Notes: a model not told the origin generated them from the letters alone. A DNA stretch of 64,000 nt from Bacilli bacterium (GCA_041652475.1 JBAZHG010000001.1:72522-136521), one strand, 5' to 3'. Shown: positions 23,660 through 33,260, counted from the stretch's first letter. Numbers and translations are program-made.

Positions 23660-24822
23660 GACTCGAGCTCGGCTCCGACTTTCTCGAGGGTGAGATGTTC
23701 TTTGAAATAAGCTAAATTGCGCGCTCCCAGCGCGTTTTTTTCTTCTTCAGTCAGGTCTATGGCCCGTTTGATGCCCTCAATGAGTCCCCTTGTCGAGGGC
23801 TCAACGACGATGCCGCCCCCGGCTGCCTCAAGCAACGCCCGGCCGTCACCGGTCAGCGCCCCAAGGATCGGGCGACCGTATCCCATGTAGGTCACCAGTT
23901 TGTTGGGAATGGTCCTTCCGACGTAACCGCCCGCCTTCAGCGGGACCAACAACACGTCGGCATCGGGGATGAAAGCGACCGCTTCATGGATCGGACGGTA
24001 GCCGTACATATGGACATATTCGGATAAATCCTCGTTTTTTATCGTGGCCAAAAGACGGTCGCGGGCTGATCCGTTGCCGACGATGTGGACATGCAAGTCG
24101 CGACCTTTGAGGCTTTTCACGGCCTCGAGCAATTCGTCGAGCAGTTGGACTTGTCCCAGGTTTCCAATGTATACGAGGTGGGTGCCGGGCCCATGATTGA
24201 TCGGGGCGATGCCCAAATGCTCGTTCAAGGCCGGTTGCAGTAACAAGTCCATCTTGGCGCGGGGAATTTGGTGTTCTTGTTCCATATATTCGAAATATGA
24301 CGGGGACCCGACCAACAGGCGATCGGCCGCTTGGTAAATTCGCTTTGACCAATTTAAAAGCACCCGGTGGGCAAACGTGTTTGGCTTCACGTTGTTAGTG
24401 TAGACGACCGATTCCGGCCAAATGTCGACGCAGTATAGAAGGCTGGGGAGATGATGGCGCTTGGCGTAGTCGAGGGCCGGCACCATCGAGATGACCGGAG
24501 ACAAGCTCATCGCGAAGACGACGTCGTAGTCGCCCCGATGGCGCCGGACGAAGGCCCGGGCCAAAAAATAAAATGAAAAATAATTGGCAATCAAAGACAA
24601 TTTGCCTTTCTTGCGGGCCAAAATCGGCAATCGATGGACTTTAACCCCGTCGGCAATCTCAAATTTTCGATGGCGGTATTCGCTCAAGACATGGCCGAAA
24701 CCGGCGTTGGGACGCCCGGTAATCACCGTGACTTGATGGCCGCGGGCGGCCAAATCGCGCAACAGGGGCGTGATGGTGAAATTTTCGGGATGGTAGAATT
24801 GGCAAACGGCGAGAATTTTCAT
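23635..24822 (-). CDS. Glycosyltransferase family 4 (WcaI/WbuB-like)
   Basis: MKILAVCQFYHPENFTITPLLRDLAARGHQVTVITGRPN is a typical N-terminus for this GT4 subgroup. Confidence 0.8.
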   Translation of the reverse strand: MKILAVCQFYHPENFTITPLLRDLAARGHQVTVITGRPNAGFGHVLSEYRHRKFEIADGVKVHRLPILARKKGKLSLIANYFSFYFLARAFVRRHRGDYDVVFAMSLSPVISMVPALDYAKRHHLPSLLYCVDIWPESVVYTNNVKPNTFAHRVLLNWSKRIYQAADRLLVGSPSYFEYMEQEHQIPRAKMDLLLQPALNEHLGIAPINHGPGTHLVYIGNLGQVQLLDELLEAVKSLKGRDLHVHIVGNGSARDRLLATIKNEDLSEYVHMYGYRPIHEAVAFIPDADVLLVPLKAGGYVGRTIPNKLVTYMGYGRPILGALTGDGRALLEAAGGGIVVEPSTRGLIEGIKRAIDLTEEEKNALGARNLAYFKEHLTLEKVGAELESYLSELVK

Positions 24823-24907
24823 AGTACTTAATAGTTTAATATTGCGAGTATAATTTTGATAGTGCCAATGAGATATTACCTTTACGGTCGTTTTATCTTT
24901 AAGGCCG

Positions 24908-24913
24908 TATAAT
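24908..24913 (+). promoter_or_regulatory. -10 box TATAAT 9 nt upstream of the ATG; no SD
   Basis: CCGTATAAT-GATTAACGT-ATG(24923). Confidence 0.4.
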
Positions 24914-24922
24914 GATTAACGT

Positions 24923-25840
24923 ATGAACCCCAAGTTCCGCAAACTCTCACCTTTGACCCAACGGATCTTTGCCCCGCTGCGGGCTCTCGTCCGCCGCCTT
25001 TTTCCGATTGGCTACGTCCGATGGCAATACCGATACCTGACCCGGCACCGCTTGAATTTGAAGAAACCGGTCCGTTATACCGAAAAACTCCAATATCTGC
25101 GCTTGTTCGTGTATCCCAAAGATGCGCGGGCAATCCGATGCACCGATCGGGTTGGCGTCCGCGATTATCTCAAGGAGTTGGGGCTGGAACGATACCTGGT
25201 TCCCAGCTACGGTCATTATCAAAGCGTAAGCGAAATCGACTTTTCGAAGCTGCCGCGTTCATTTGTGATGAAATGCAGCCACGCCTGCGGATTCAATCAA
25301 ATAATTTGTGACCATGCCACGATTGACAAAGAGCAACTCCAAGCCCGCTTCGACCGGTGGCTCAAAACCGATTATGGGAAGATGACCATGGAACGGCATT
25401 ATAGCCCGATCGTCCCCCGCATTCTGATTGAGGAATATCTCGGCCAGGGACAGCGTCTGCCAATCGAATATAAGATTCATGTATTCAACGGAAAAGCCCG
25501 CAACCTCTACGTGGTGACCGGCCGGGGCCAAGACATCCGCTACACCAACTTTCACATCGACTGGACCCCGTTCGACGGCAGCCAGTTCAACGGGTGGCAC
25601 AAAGCCGATTTTCCAATCCAGAAACCAGACAATTTCCTGGAGATGGTGGCCTTAGCCGAAAAACTGGCGGCCCCATTCCCATTTGTCCGCGTTGACCTGT
25701 ATCAGATTGATGGTAAAATAATGTTTAGCGAGATGACCTTCACCCCCGCCAAGGGTACCTTGATCCTCGACGAGGACCAAGTCGACTTTCAAATGGGGAC
25801 TTGGCTCGATATCTCCGCGTACATTAACCAGCGAAAATGA
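24923..25840 (+). CDS. TupA-like ATP-grasp family protein (polysaccharide/teichuronopeptide-type amidoligase)
   Basis: 305 aa. FVMKCSHACGFN, EYKIHVFNG and FVRVDLYQIDGKIMFSEMTFTPAKG fit my recollection of the Pfam ATPgrasp_TupA pattern. Confidence 0.7.
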   Translation: MNPKFRKLSPLTQRIFAPLRALVRRLFPIGYVRWQYRYLTRHRLNLKKPVRYTEKLQYLRLFVYPKDARAIRCTDRVGVRDYLKELGLERYLVPSYGHYQSVSEIDFSKLPRSFVMKCSHACGFNQIICDHATIDKEQLQARFDRWLKTDYGKMTMERHYSPIVPRILIEEYLGQGQRLPIEYKIHVFNGKARNLYVVTGRGQDIRYTNFHIDWTPFDGSQFNGWHKADFPIQKPDNFLEMVALAEKLAAPFPFVRVDLYQIDGKIMFSEMTFTPAKGTLILDEDQVDFQMGTWLDISAYINQRK

Positions 25841-26631
25841 AAACGAAACGCTTATTGATCGGCATCGCCCTGATCGCCTTGACCTCCTGCGGCCAAGACG
25901 TCGCTTTGGCGATGGACCGCACCACCTACCATACCGATGTCTTTTCGAACAACATGTATGACGACACGGTTATGGAAACGCGCCTTTCCCCGGAACACAT
26001 CGCCTCGACCCAAACTTACCCGGTCGATGGCGCCGACGTGTTCGAAGGCGTGGCGGAACTGAAGACGGCCGACCGATACTATAACGACGGCACCGGGACC
26101 CGGGAAGTCAACGACGAATTCTACGCCACCACCAAAAAACTTTCGCTGACCTTGCCTGAAATCAAATACGGTTTTGAAAGCAAGCTGTTCGACGGCATCC
26201 TCCATTGCAGCGACGCCGTGCGCATCAGCAAGAGCCGGCTCCAATTGCGCGAGAGCGGCTTTGGGTATGTCTTTCCGAAGGCGATTACCAGTTTGGACCA
26301 CGTCGGCTTGTACCTTAAAGCCGGCGCCGACACTTACCTCGGCGGCGTCTATATCACCGACCTGCGCGTCCATGTGTCGTTTTATGTTCCGACCGGCGAT
26401 CAATACGCCAAACATGAATTCACTTTCGACGTCGCCGGCGTGCGCCGAAGCGACTTTCCGGAATTGTACGGTTTCTATCTCGATGACGTGGCCGGGGCCC
26501 CCTCATTGAATGGAGCGACCGCCGTCAGCGTCAGTTACGACATCCTCGACGTCGCCGCCGAAAATAGCAACCACGACTACACGGCCATATTCTTATACGA
26601 ATTGTTGTTGCCCAAAAGCGTTTGGGCTTGA
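25837..26631 (+). CDS. Lipoprotein, uncharacterised
   Basis: Signal peptide with lipobox (LIALTSC). ATGA overlap with the ATP-grasp gene. Confidence 0.7.
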   Translation: MKTKRLLIGIALIALTSCGQDVALAMDRTTYHTDVFSNNMYDDTVMETRLSPEHIASTQTYPVDGADVFEGVAELKTADRYYNDGTGTREVNDEFYATTKKLSLTLPEIKYGFESKLFDGILHCSDAVRISKSRLQLRESGFGYVFPKAITSLDHVGLYLKAGADTYLGGVYITDLRVHVSFYVPTGDQYAKHEFTFDVAGVRRSDFPELYGFYLDDVAGAPSLNGATAVSVSYDILDVAAENSNHDYTAIFLYELLLPKSVWA

Positions 26632-26644
26632 TGATTAAAGGTTA

Positions 26645-28021
26645 TTAGATCGCGGGCGAAGCCAAAACGGCTTCGCTTTTATTTTGTTTGGAGGGTTGGC
26701 CTTGATGATAGGCGTACCCGACCAGGAACACGTCGAGCAAAGTCAATAGATCGGAAAAGAACGGAATCTTGTAGATGCGTTGGTTCTCCCGGACAAAGGG
26801 GGCGTATTCATACCGGAACAGGCTCGTGAACACATGGGTGGCCACGAACAGGATCAAGATTATTTTGATATGGCGCGGATCTTGGCTCTGGCGGTAATAA
26901 CGAACAAGATAAATGCCGGCGCAAACCATGAAGGCCAAATATCCAAGGGTCGCCACGATGCCGCCTTGATATAAGGTGTCGAAGAATGAGCTCCTGGTCG
27001 ATTCGATGAAGTTCGCGTTGACGATGACCGAATGCAAACCGCCAAAGGGATGTTGGATCGAAGCTTGGATTACCTCGGCGTATCCTTGGACGATTGAATT
27101 GCCGAACACGCGATTGAATATGGCGTTATTGGTAACCAAATTCGCCGCAAAAGGGACCTCGAATGCGTAAAGTAGCAAAAACAGAGCCGCCAATGAGAAC
27201 AGAACTCCGGCAACTACACTACCATAGAAAATTACTTTCTTAGTAAGGGGATTGTTCGGTAAAAAACGGACTGCGGCCGCGATGATAACGGCCGGTATCA
27301 CAAACTTAAAAGCGCCGAAATCAGGGAGAAGCAACAAGGATAAAACTCCAAGTGCGCCGGCGGCGATCCACACGAAATCGAGCTTCTTTAAATGCTTGAA
27401 ATCGACGAAAAGCAATCCGAGAAGCAGTGGGCTCAAGAAGATTCCGTAATTGGCGAAGAACGCCAATTTGACCTCGTGGAATTCAAAACCGAAGAGCCAC
27501 TTGGCTTCATTCGAAATGAGGTAGGCTTCCCCATCGTAGTATAAGTTCATGCCATCAAAGCGCAATACATAGAAAAAGGTATAACGCCAGATGGTGTAGA
27601 CGAGTCCGATTGCCAACAAGACAGCCAAACCGCCCACGATGGCGGCCAAGCCTTTTTCAATTTTGAACTCTTCGTTTTGGGCCATTGAGACGCCAATCAG
27701 CAAAAAGGCGACCAGCGACAAAAGCATGACGATGTCGTCGACGACCGTTTGCAAGACGAGGTAAAGCGGGGAAAAGGCCATGAAAGCCCCGTAGGCCGCC
27801 AGCGGGAGGACGAACGCCAGGGCAACGTTGAGCCAATCTTCTTGACGGTATTTGAGCATCGTGATCGGAATCAAGGCTGCGACTAAAATTATCGATAGAT
27901 AACGGAATAAAATCCCGTAGTTGGCCAGGTTTAAACTGGTGAAGATGAGTAATTCGATGACTAAGAAGGCCAAGAGGCCGCCATATTGCTTTTTGTAATG
28001 TTCGATTTTGATTTTGTTCAT
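26645..28021 (-). CDS. O-antigen ligase/polymerase (Wzy)-like polytopic membrane protein
   Basis: ~458 aa with at least 10 TM helices. The SSFFDTLYQGGIVATLGYLAF region resembles the Wzy_C motif. ATG at 28021; the track ORF extends spuriously to 28132. Confidence 0.55.
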   Translation of the reverse strand: MNKIKIEHYKKQYGGLLAFLVIELLIFTSLNLANYGILFRYLSIILVAALIPITMLKYRQEDWLNVALAFVLPLAAYGAFMAFSPLYLVLQTVVDDIVMLLSLVAFLLIGVSMAQNEEFKIEKGLAAIVGGLAVLLAIGLVYTIWRYTFFYVLRFDGMNLYYDGEAYLISNEAKWLFGFEFHEVKLAFFANYGIFLSPLLLGLLFVDFKHLKKLDFVWIAAGALGVLSLLLLPDFGAFKFVIPAVIIAAAVRFLPNNPLTKKVIFYGSVVAGVLFSLAALFLLLYAFEVPFAANLVTNNAIFNRVFGNSIVQGYAEVIQASIQHPFGGLHSVIVNANFIESTRSSFFDTLYQGGIVATLGYLAFMVCAGIYLVRYYRQSQDPRHIKIILILFVATHVFTSLFRYEYAPFVRENQRIYKIPFFSDLLTLLDVFLVGYAYHQGQPSKQNKSEAVLASPAI

Positions 28022-28026
28022 AGCGG

Positions 28027-28983
28027 TTACCAATAACATCCGTTCTCGACTTGGTCGGCCCCTTTGGGTTTGGCGTCCGGCCGGGTCCAGGCCGCCGTGA
28101 CATAACGGGTCACATGGGGGCGTTTTTCCCATCTTCTACCCATTATACCAAATAACAGCTGCGTCGCCCCGCCGGTTTGTATCGCTTGCTTGCCGCGGCT
28201 TTTGATGAACCAGCAAAGGGGAGCCCCAAACGCGCCGGCCCCGATTAGGGCGACGTCGAATTCGTGCTTCAGTATTTCCAGTTTCAGATAGTCGAGGGCT
28301 TCGAACCAGTTGTGGAACCGTTCGTCGTACTCCTCGCCGATGGTTTGCACGGCGGCGACCGTCATCAAGGTGAATTCCGGCAAGACGAGCTCATTGTTGA
28401 TGATCGATTGCCTTTGGGCGTATTGCTTTTCGATCAAGGAGGCGAACGGCGACACGACCAGGACCCGTTTGCCAGCCAAGGCTTGGGTCCAATCGCCCAT
28501 CAATGGTTCGAAACTGTTGTATTGGATGATGCGGGCGTTCGGGATGTATTTCCGATAGAAATAATCTTCCATGTGGATGCCGGAAATACCCAAGATGTCG
28601 GTTTTGGACAATTCCCGGAGGTAGTAAGTGCAGTAATAATTCAAATTGGTGTCGGTGGTCGGGAAGAAACCGCCGTTGTTCTTCATCGAATAGCGGACCG
28701 ATTTCTTGTAGTCGCGCCGCCATCCGAGTTGGATCTTCTCGTAATTGTTCAAGCAGCTGAGCTCGGTGGCTCCGAAACGGACCGCGGCGAACGGTTGCCC
28801 GCTCAGGATCGAATCCTTGAGGGTTTGGTTGCCCAATTCCTGGGTGATGTTGGTGATGCCGGCGAAACGAAGGACTTTCTTCTTGCGGCGGAACAGTTTC
28901 CACAACAAAACGAACCAGGCATTCTTGATGAAATATAGCAAGTACCGAAAGCGCTTTTGACGGTAGGTAGTGATGTTGGCCAT
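28027..28983 (-). CDS. Putative GT-D-fold (DUF1792-like) glycosyltransferase
   Basis: 318 aa. AAVRFGATE resembles the RFGDGE motif of DUF1792. Assigned from memory, so weak. Confidence 0.4.
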   Translation of the reverse strand: MANITTYRQKRFRYLLYFIKNAWFVLLWKLFRRKKKVLRFAGITNITQELGNQTLKDSILSGQPFAAVRFGATELSCLNNYEKIQLGWRRDYKKSVRYSMKNNGGFFPTTDTNLNYYCTYYLRELSKTDILGISGIHMEDYFYRKYIPNARIIQYNSFEPLMGDWTQALAGKRVLVVSPFASLIEKQYAQRQSIINNELVLPEFTLMTVAAVQTIGEEYDERFHNWFEALDYLKLEILKHEFDVALIGAGAFGAPLCWFIKSRGKQAIQTGGATQLLFGIMGRRWEKRPHVTRYVTAAWTRPDAKPKGADQVENGCYW

Positions 28984-28985
28984 TT

Positions 28986-30206
28986 CTATTTAATCAATCC
29001 AAAATGAATCGCGGCACAACAAAGTTCCGGAAATGAAGTCGCCAGCATGGTGACCGTGTCTTCGGGCAGTTTCAGCTTCAGTTTGGCGATTTGGCGCAGC
29101 GTCCCAAAGCGGGCGGCCGGTTTCAATTTCTGGAGGTAGAATTGCTGTTCGCCCGGTCGTTTCTTCAACCAGGTCTCATGGTGCTGGTTCAAGACGATCG
29201 CTTGATCGATTTCTTGGGTGAACTGCGGTATTTCGTAAATTTTCAAAGGATCGAGTTCCAAGCCTTCCCCAATGATCTCCAGGAAGCGCAAGTACCGGGT
29301 CCTCGTGGTCATCGTCTCACGGATTTTGGCCTCGAGGGCGTTTGTCAGTTCGCTGACGCGGAGCCGGTCGACGGTCTCAATAGCTTGCCGGGCGATCTCG
29401 TCGAAGGCGCTCGTGATCTTGAAGGTGTATTTGAAACCGAGGTACTTGCCGAATTTCTTCATGGTATCCAGGTAACCAAGCCGCATGTTCCGGGCCATGA
29501 TCTCGCGTTTGATCAGAAGGAACGGACCCAGGTTATGATAGCTCCGGATGTAAGTCACCCGGCTGTCGTCGAGATATTCGGGATGGCTGAATTGCGCCGT
29601 GTTCAAATCGACGGCGATCACGTGCTCGGCACCCAATGAAAAAGCCAAATCGATCGGAAGCCGATCGTGATAGGCTCCGTCGATGTACTGCTCGAGGCCG
29701 ATCTTGGTGACCGGGAAAGCCGGGTAGCAGCTGGCGCTCGCCAAAAGATAATCGCCGATTTCCTCGCGACGGCATTGCTTGATGATGACGTCTTTGCCGA
29801 CCAATTTGGGAAAACTGGCCACGGTGACGGCGAAGTCGATCGGCGAATTGATCAGTTTGTCGGGATCGAGATACTCATGCAGCAAGGCTTTGAACGGGCT
29901 GATGTCAATTCCGCGGTTTTTGATGTAAGACGCGATGAACTTCAAAAGCTCCTTCTTGTCGCTGCGGACGATTTCATCGAGGTCGAGGTTAATGCCGTGG
30001 CGCATGACCTTGTTCAATTCGAGGTTGTGCCATAGTTTCTCGAGCAGCTGCAAGTCAGCACTCGCCATGATGGCGCCGTTTAAAGCGCCGATGGACGCTC
30101 CGGTAACGACCTGATATTTCATGTTCAGTTCTTTTAGGGCTTGGAAGAAACCGACTTGATAAGCTCCTTTTGAGCCGCCACTGCCTAATGCGATGCCGAT
30201 TTTCAT
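28986..30206 (-). CDS. Patatin-like phospholipase, paralog 1
   Basis: GSGGSKG oxyanion motif, GASIG (GxSxG) and IDGAY (DGA). GGAGG SD. ATGA overlap with paralog 2. Confidence 0.9.
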   Translation of the reverse strand: MKIGIALGSGGSKGAYQVGFFQALKELNMKYQVVTGASIGALNGAIMASADLQLLEKLWHNLELNKVMRHGINLDLDEIVRSDKKELLKFIASYIKNRGIDISPFKALLHEYLDPDKLINSPIDFAVTVASFPKLVGKDVIIKQCRREEIGDYLLASASCYPAFPVTKIGLEQYIDGAYHDRLPIDLAFSLGAEHVIAVDLNTAQFSHPEYLDDSRVTYIRSYHNLGPFLLIKREIMARNMRLGYLDTMKKFGKYLGFKYTFKITSAFDEIARQAIETVDRLRVSELTNALEAKIRETMTTRTRYLRFLEIIGEGLELDPLKIYEIPQFTQEIDQAIVLNQHHETWLKKRPGEQQFYLQKLKPAARFGTLRQIAKLKLKLPEDTVTMLATSFPELCCAAIHFGLIK

Positions 30207-31507
30207 GTTGTTGCCTCCGTGGGTGTCGCTCCAAGCGACTGTGGTTTGACGATGTCTTGATGGATAATTACGAGCAAGAGGTAGGCCAAGGCGTGCTTCG
30301 CCTTCCTGGAAGTCCAAGTTTGCACTTCGTTGGTATGGAAGTGATGCTCTAATATATATTTTATCGCTTCGAGGGCTGTCTTTTCATCTTTTGATGAAAG
30401 TTGCTTGTCCGATCGGATCTTTTTCAGGAGCCCGACCACCGACTTGCTGTCGAAATGCGGACGCAGCCGGTCATAGCATTCACGAGCCAAACCCTCCAAA
30501 GATCGTCGGGGCGAAGGATCGATTTTAAGCGTCTCCGCCAATATTTCCAGGCCTCGCACGAATATGAGCCCGTCCAGAGGCTTCTTTCTAGTATATCGTT
30601 TCAGAAGGCCGATGATCGCCGGTTTCAAGGATTTGAAATGGGTATCCAGCAAATATTCAATCCGCTCGTCGTAACGAGACGAATTCTCCAATGAGGTGAA
30701 GGTATAGCGAAAGCCGTGCAGGCGATTGAACTTTTTCATGGCGTCGTTATACCCGAGTTCGCGGTTGCGGTCGATGACCGTTTGATCGAAATTGAACATC
30801 AGCCCGAGGGGCCACGACGGTTCGATGTTGATGACGTCGTCTCGTTTGTTGAGGATCGGATGCCAGCTGACGCCATAGAACAGGTTCACGGCAATGACGA
30901 CCTCGGCCCCCAGGTCGAAGGCGAACTTGATTGGGAGCGTATCGCGATAACCGCCGTCGATATAATACTTTTTCTTGATGGCCCGGACCGGGAAAAGCGG
31001 CCAGATGGCGCTGCTGGCCAAGAGCCAGTCATGGACTTCGTCTTCGGTTACTCGGGACAATTCGACGTTGCATTGCTTGAAAAACGGCAAGGACACGGCC
31101 ACGACCCCGAAACGGATTGGCGAAGCCTTGAGTTCCTCCGGGCGCAAGTTCGTTTTGACGAGTTCAATCAAGGGTGAAATATCTAAGCCCCGATGGCGGA
31201 TGTAATTGCTCGTCAAGCTGAAAAGGCGCCGGCGATCCGCTTTGAAGGTTTGCCGCAGCGTCTTCCAATCGAGGTTCAAACCATCCTTCATGATCTTGTC
31301 GGCGCTGAGGTCGCGCCAAAGCAACAATCCCTTTTCGTATTGGCCGGTGGCCATCATGGCTCCGACCAAAGCCCCGATTGAAGTGCCGGTCACCACCGCC
31401 GGGTTGACATCAAGTTCCTTCAAGGCGGTCCAGACGCCCATTTCATAAGCGCCGAGCGAACCTCCGCCCCCTAAGGCAATCCCGATTTTCCGACCATATA
31501 GATTCAT
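30203..31507 (-). CDS. Patatin-like phospholipase, paralog 2
   Basis: GGGGSLG, GTSIG and IDGGY motifs, with the same architecture as paralog 1. Confidence 0.9.
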   Translation of the reverse strand: MNLYGRKIGIALGGGGSLGAYEMGVWTALKELDVNPAVVTGTSIGALVGAMMATGQYEKGLLLWRDLSADKIMKDGLNLDWKTLRQTFKADRRRLFSLTSNYIRHRGLDISPLIELVKTNLRPEELKASPIRFGVVAVSLPFFKQCNVELSRVTEDEVHDWLLASSAIWPLFPVRAIKKKYYIDGGYRDTLPIKFAFDLGAEVVIAVNLFYGVSWHPILNKRDDVINIEPSWPLGLMFNFDQTVIDRNRELGYNDAMKKFNRLHGFRYTFTSLENSSRYDERIEYLLDTHFKSLKPAIIGLLKRYTRKKPLDGLIFVRGLEILAETLKIDPSPRRSLEGLARECYDRLRPHFDSKSVVGLLKKIRSDKQLSSKDEKTALEAIKYILEHHFHTNEVQTWTSRKAKHALAYLLLVIIHQDIVKPQSLGATPTEATT

Positions 31508-31513
31508 GAGTCC

Positions 31514-31522
31514 ATTATATCA
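31514..31522 (-). promoter_or_regulatory. Extended -10 (TGATATAAT) 6 nt upstream of the patatin ATG; no SD
   Basis: Minus strand: CATGATATAAT-GGACTC-ATG(31507). Confidence 0.5.
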
Positions 31523-31545
31523 TGAGGCCATCTGATTACTCGGGA

Positions 31546-31554
31546 TGCTATAAT
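31546..31554 (+). promoter_or_regulatory. Extended -10 (TGCTATAAT) for the aldehyde dehydrogenase gene
   Basis: TGCTATAAT followed by a short leader carrying AAGGAA and the ATG at 31567/31573. Confidence 0.5.
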
Positions 31555-31572
31555 GGCAAAAAGGAAATGCAT

Positions 31573-32943
31573 ATGGAAATTCAAAATCTCGTCGCTTCGC
31601 AACGCGAATTCTTCAAGACTAAAACCACTTACAATGTGAACTATCGTCTCGAGGCCTTGAATCGATTGTTGTTGAATATCAAAACTATGGAACGTGATAT
31701 CACCGACGCTTTGCGCATCGATTTGGGAAAATCGGCCGAGGAAGCCTACTTGACCGAAATCGGCATGACCTACGAGGAATTGCGCTTCATGATCGGCCAC
31801 GTGAAGAAATTCAGCGGCGACCACCGGGTCGCGACCCCGCTCGTGCACTTTCACGGCCGCAGTTTCCGCCGCCCGGTCCCCTACGGCAACGTCCTAGTGA
31901 TGAGCCCCTGGAATTACCCATTCCTTTTGGCGCTCGTGCCGACGATCGACGCCCTGGCCGCCGGCAATACCGTCATTATCAAGCCCGGATCATATTCGGA
32001 AGCGACCGGCATCGTCATCAAGAAATTGATTGAAGCCACCTTTGATTCCGCTTATGTGGCCGTGGTCTTGGGTGGCCGCGATGAAAACAAAACCCTGCTC
32101 GACCAAAAATTCGATTACATCTTCTTCACCGGATCGACGAGCGTCGGTCGCTTTGTCATGGAAAAAGCCGCCGCCCATTTGACTCCGGTCACCCTCGAGC
32201 TCGGTGGCAAATCACCAGCCATCGTCGACATGACGGCCGATCTAGCGATGGCCGCCCGCCGCATCGTGTTCGGCAAATTGATTAACTGCGGCCAAACGTG
32301 CATCGCCCCGGATTACCTTATCGTCCACAAATTGATCAAGCCACAGTTCATCGACCTCTTGATTGGAGAGATCAAGCGCCAATACGGGGCTGATTCCCTC
32401 AAGGTTGGACGTTATGGAAAGATCATCAACAAAAAGCATTTCGAACGCTTGTCGGCCTTGATTGCCAACGAAAAATTGGCCTATGGAGGCCGGACCGTTC
32501 CCGACCAGCTGAAAATTGAACCGACCATCCTCGAAGAGGCCACCTTGGACTCGCCGGCCATGAACGAGGAAATTTTCGGGCCGATTCTCCCGGTGCTCAC
32601 GTTCGAAAACACCGAGGACATCGCCGCCATCATCGAGAAGCACCCGACGCCGCTGGCCCTTTATTTGTTTACCAAGGATCAAGTCCGGGAAAAGGAAATC
32701 CTGACCTACGTCCCCTTTGGGGGCGGCTGCGTCAACGACACGATCGTCCACATCGCCACGACGAAGATGCCCTTCGGGGGCGTCGGCAATTCGGGGATGG
32801 GTGGTTATCACGGGTATGAGGGTTTCAAGACCTTCTCCCATTACAAGAGCATTTTGAAGAAATCCAACCGTCCCGACATCGCCATCAGGTACCAGCCCTA
32901 TACGCCGCTTAAAACGCGCCTGATTAAATGGTTCCTCAAATAA
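31573..32943 (+). CDS. NAD(P)-dependent aldehyde dehydrogenase (ALDH3-like)
   Basis: ELGGKSP and the catalytic-Cys region (GQTCIAPDY), ~456 aa. Confidence 0.9.
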   Translation: MEIQNLVASQREFFKTKTTYNVNYRLEALNRLLLNIKTMERDITDALRIDLGKSAEEAYLTEIGMTYEELRFMIGHVKKFSGDHRVATPLVHFHGRSFRRPVPYGNVLVMSPWNYPFLLALVPTIDALAAGNTVIIKPGSYSEATGIVIKKLIEATFDSAYVAVVLGGRDENKTLLDQKFDYIFFTGSTSVGRFVMEKAAAHLTPVTLELGGKSPAIVDMTADLAMAARRIVFGKLINCGQTCIAPDYLIVHKLIKPQFIDLLIGEIKRQYGADSLKVGRYGKIINKKHFERLSALIANEKLAYGGRTVPDQLKIEPTILEEATLDSPAMNEEIFGPILPVLTFENTEDIAAIIEKHPTPLALYLFTKDQVREKEILTYVPFGGGCVNDTIVHIATTKMPFGGVGNSGMGGYHGYEGFKTFSHYKSILKKSNRPDIAIRYQPYTPLKTRLIKWFLK

Positions 32944-33023
32944 TTTTCTTTTTTTTGAGTCAAATGACTTATCAGCCCAACAACCGATGATATAATGTTT
33001 GTATATCAAAAAGGAGAAAGTAT

Positions 33024-33260
33024 ATGAAATCATTCATCAAGACATTCGACGATCTGCCATTCATCCTCAAGATTATTTTCGCTTTGCCCGGCCTTGATTT
33101 CCTTTGGGGTATCTACCGCTTGCTCAAAGGCATCGACAAGAAGAACACTCTCTTGATCGTGGTCGGAGCCATTTGGATTTTCGCCGGGGCCGCCATTTTC
33201 TGGATCATCGATTTGATTACGATCATCCTCAACAAGAAACCAACGATTCTCGTCGACTAA
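33024..33260 (+). CDS. Small two-helix membrane protein, uncharacterised
   Basis: 78 aa with a strong AAGGAGA SD and a terminator downstream. Confidence 0.6.
   Translation: MKSFIKTFDDLPFILKIIFALPGLDFLWGIYRLLKGIDKKNTLLIVVGAIWIFAGAAIFWIIDLITIILNKKPTILVD

Noticed and set aside
28986-31507. The tandem patatin-like phospholipases as effectors of a CBASS-like or other anti-phage defence system.
   Set aside because: No cyclase/nucleotidyltransferase, sensor NTPase, TIR, SAVED, HORMA or other partner gene is adjacent. The genes are embedded in, and co-transcribed with, glycan-biosynthesis genes. There are no mobile-element hallmarks nearby.
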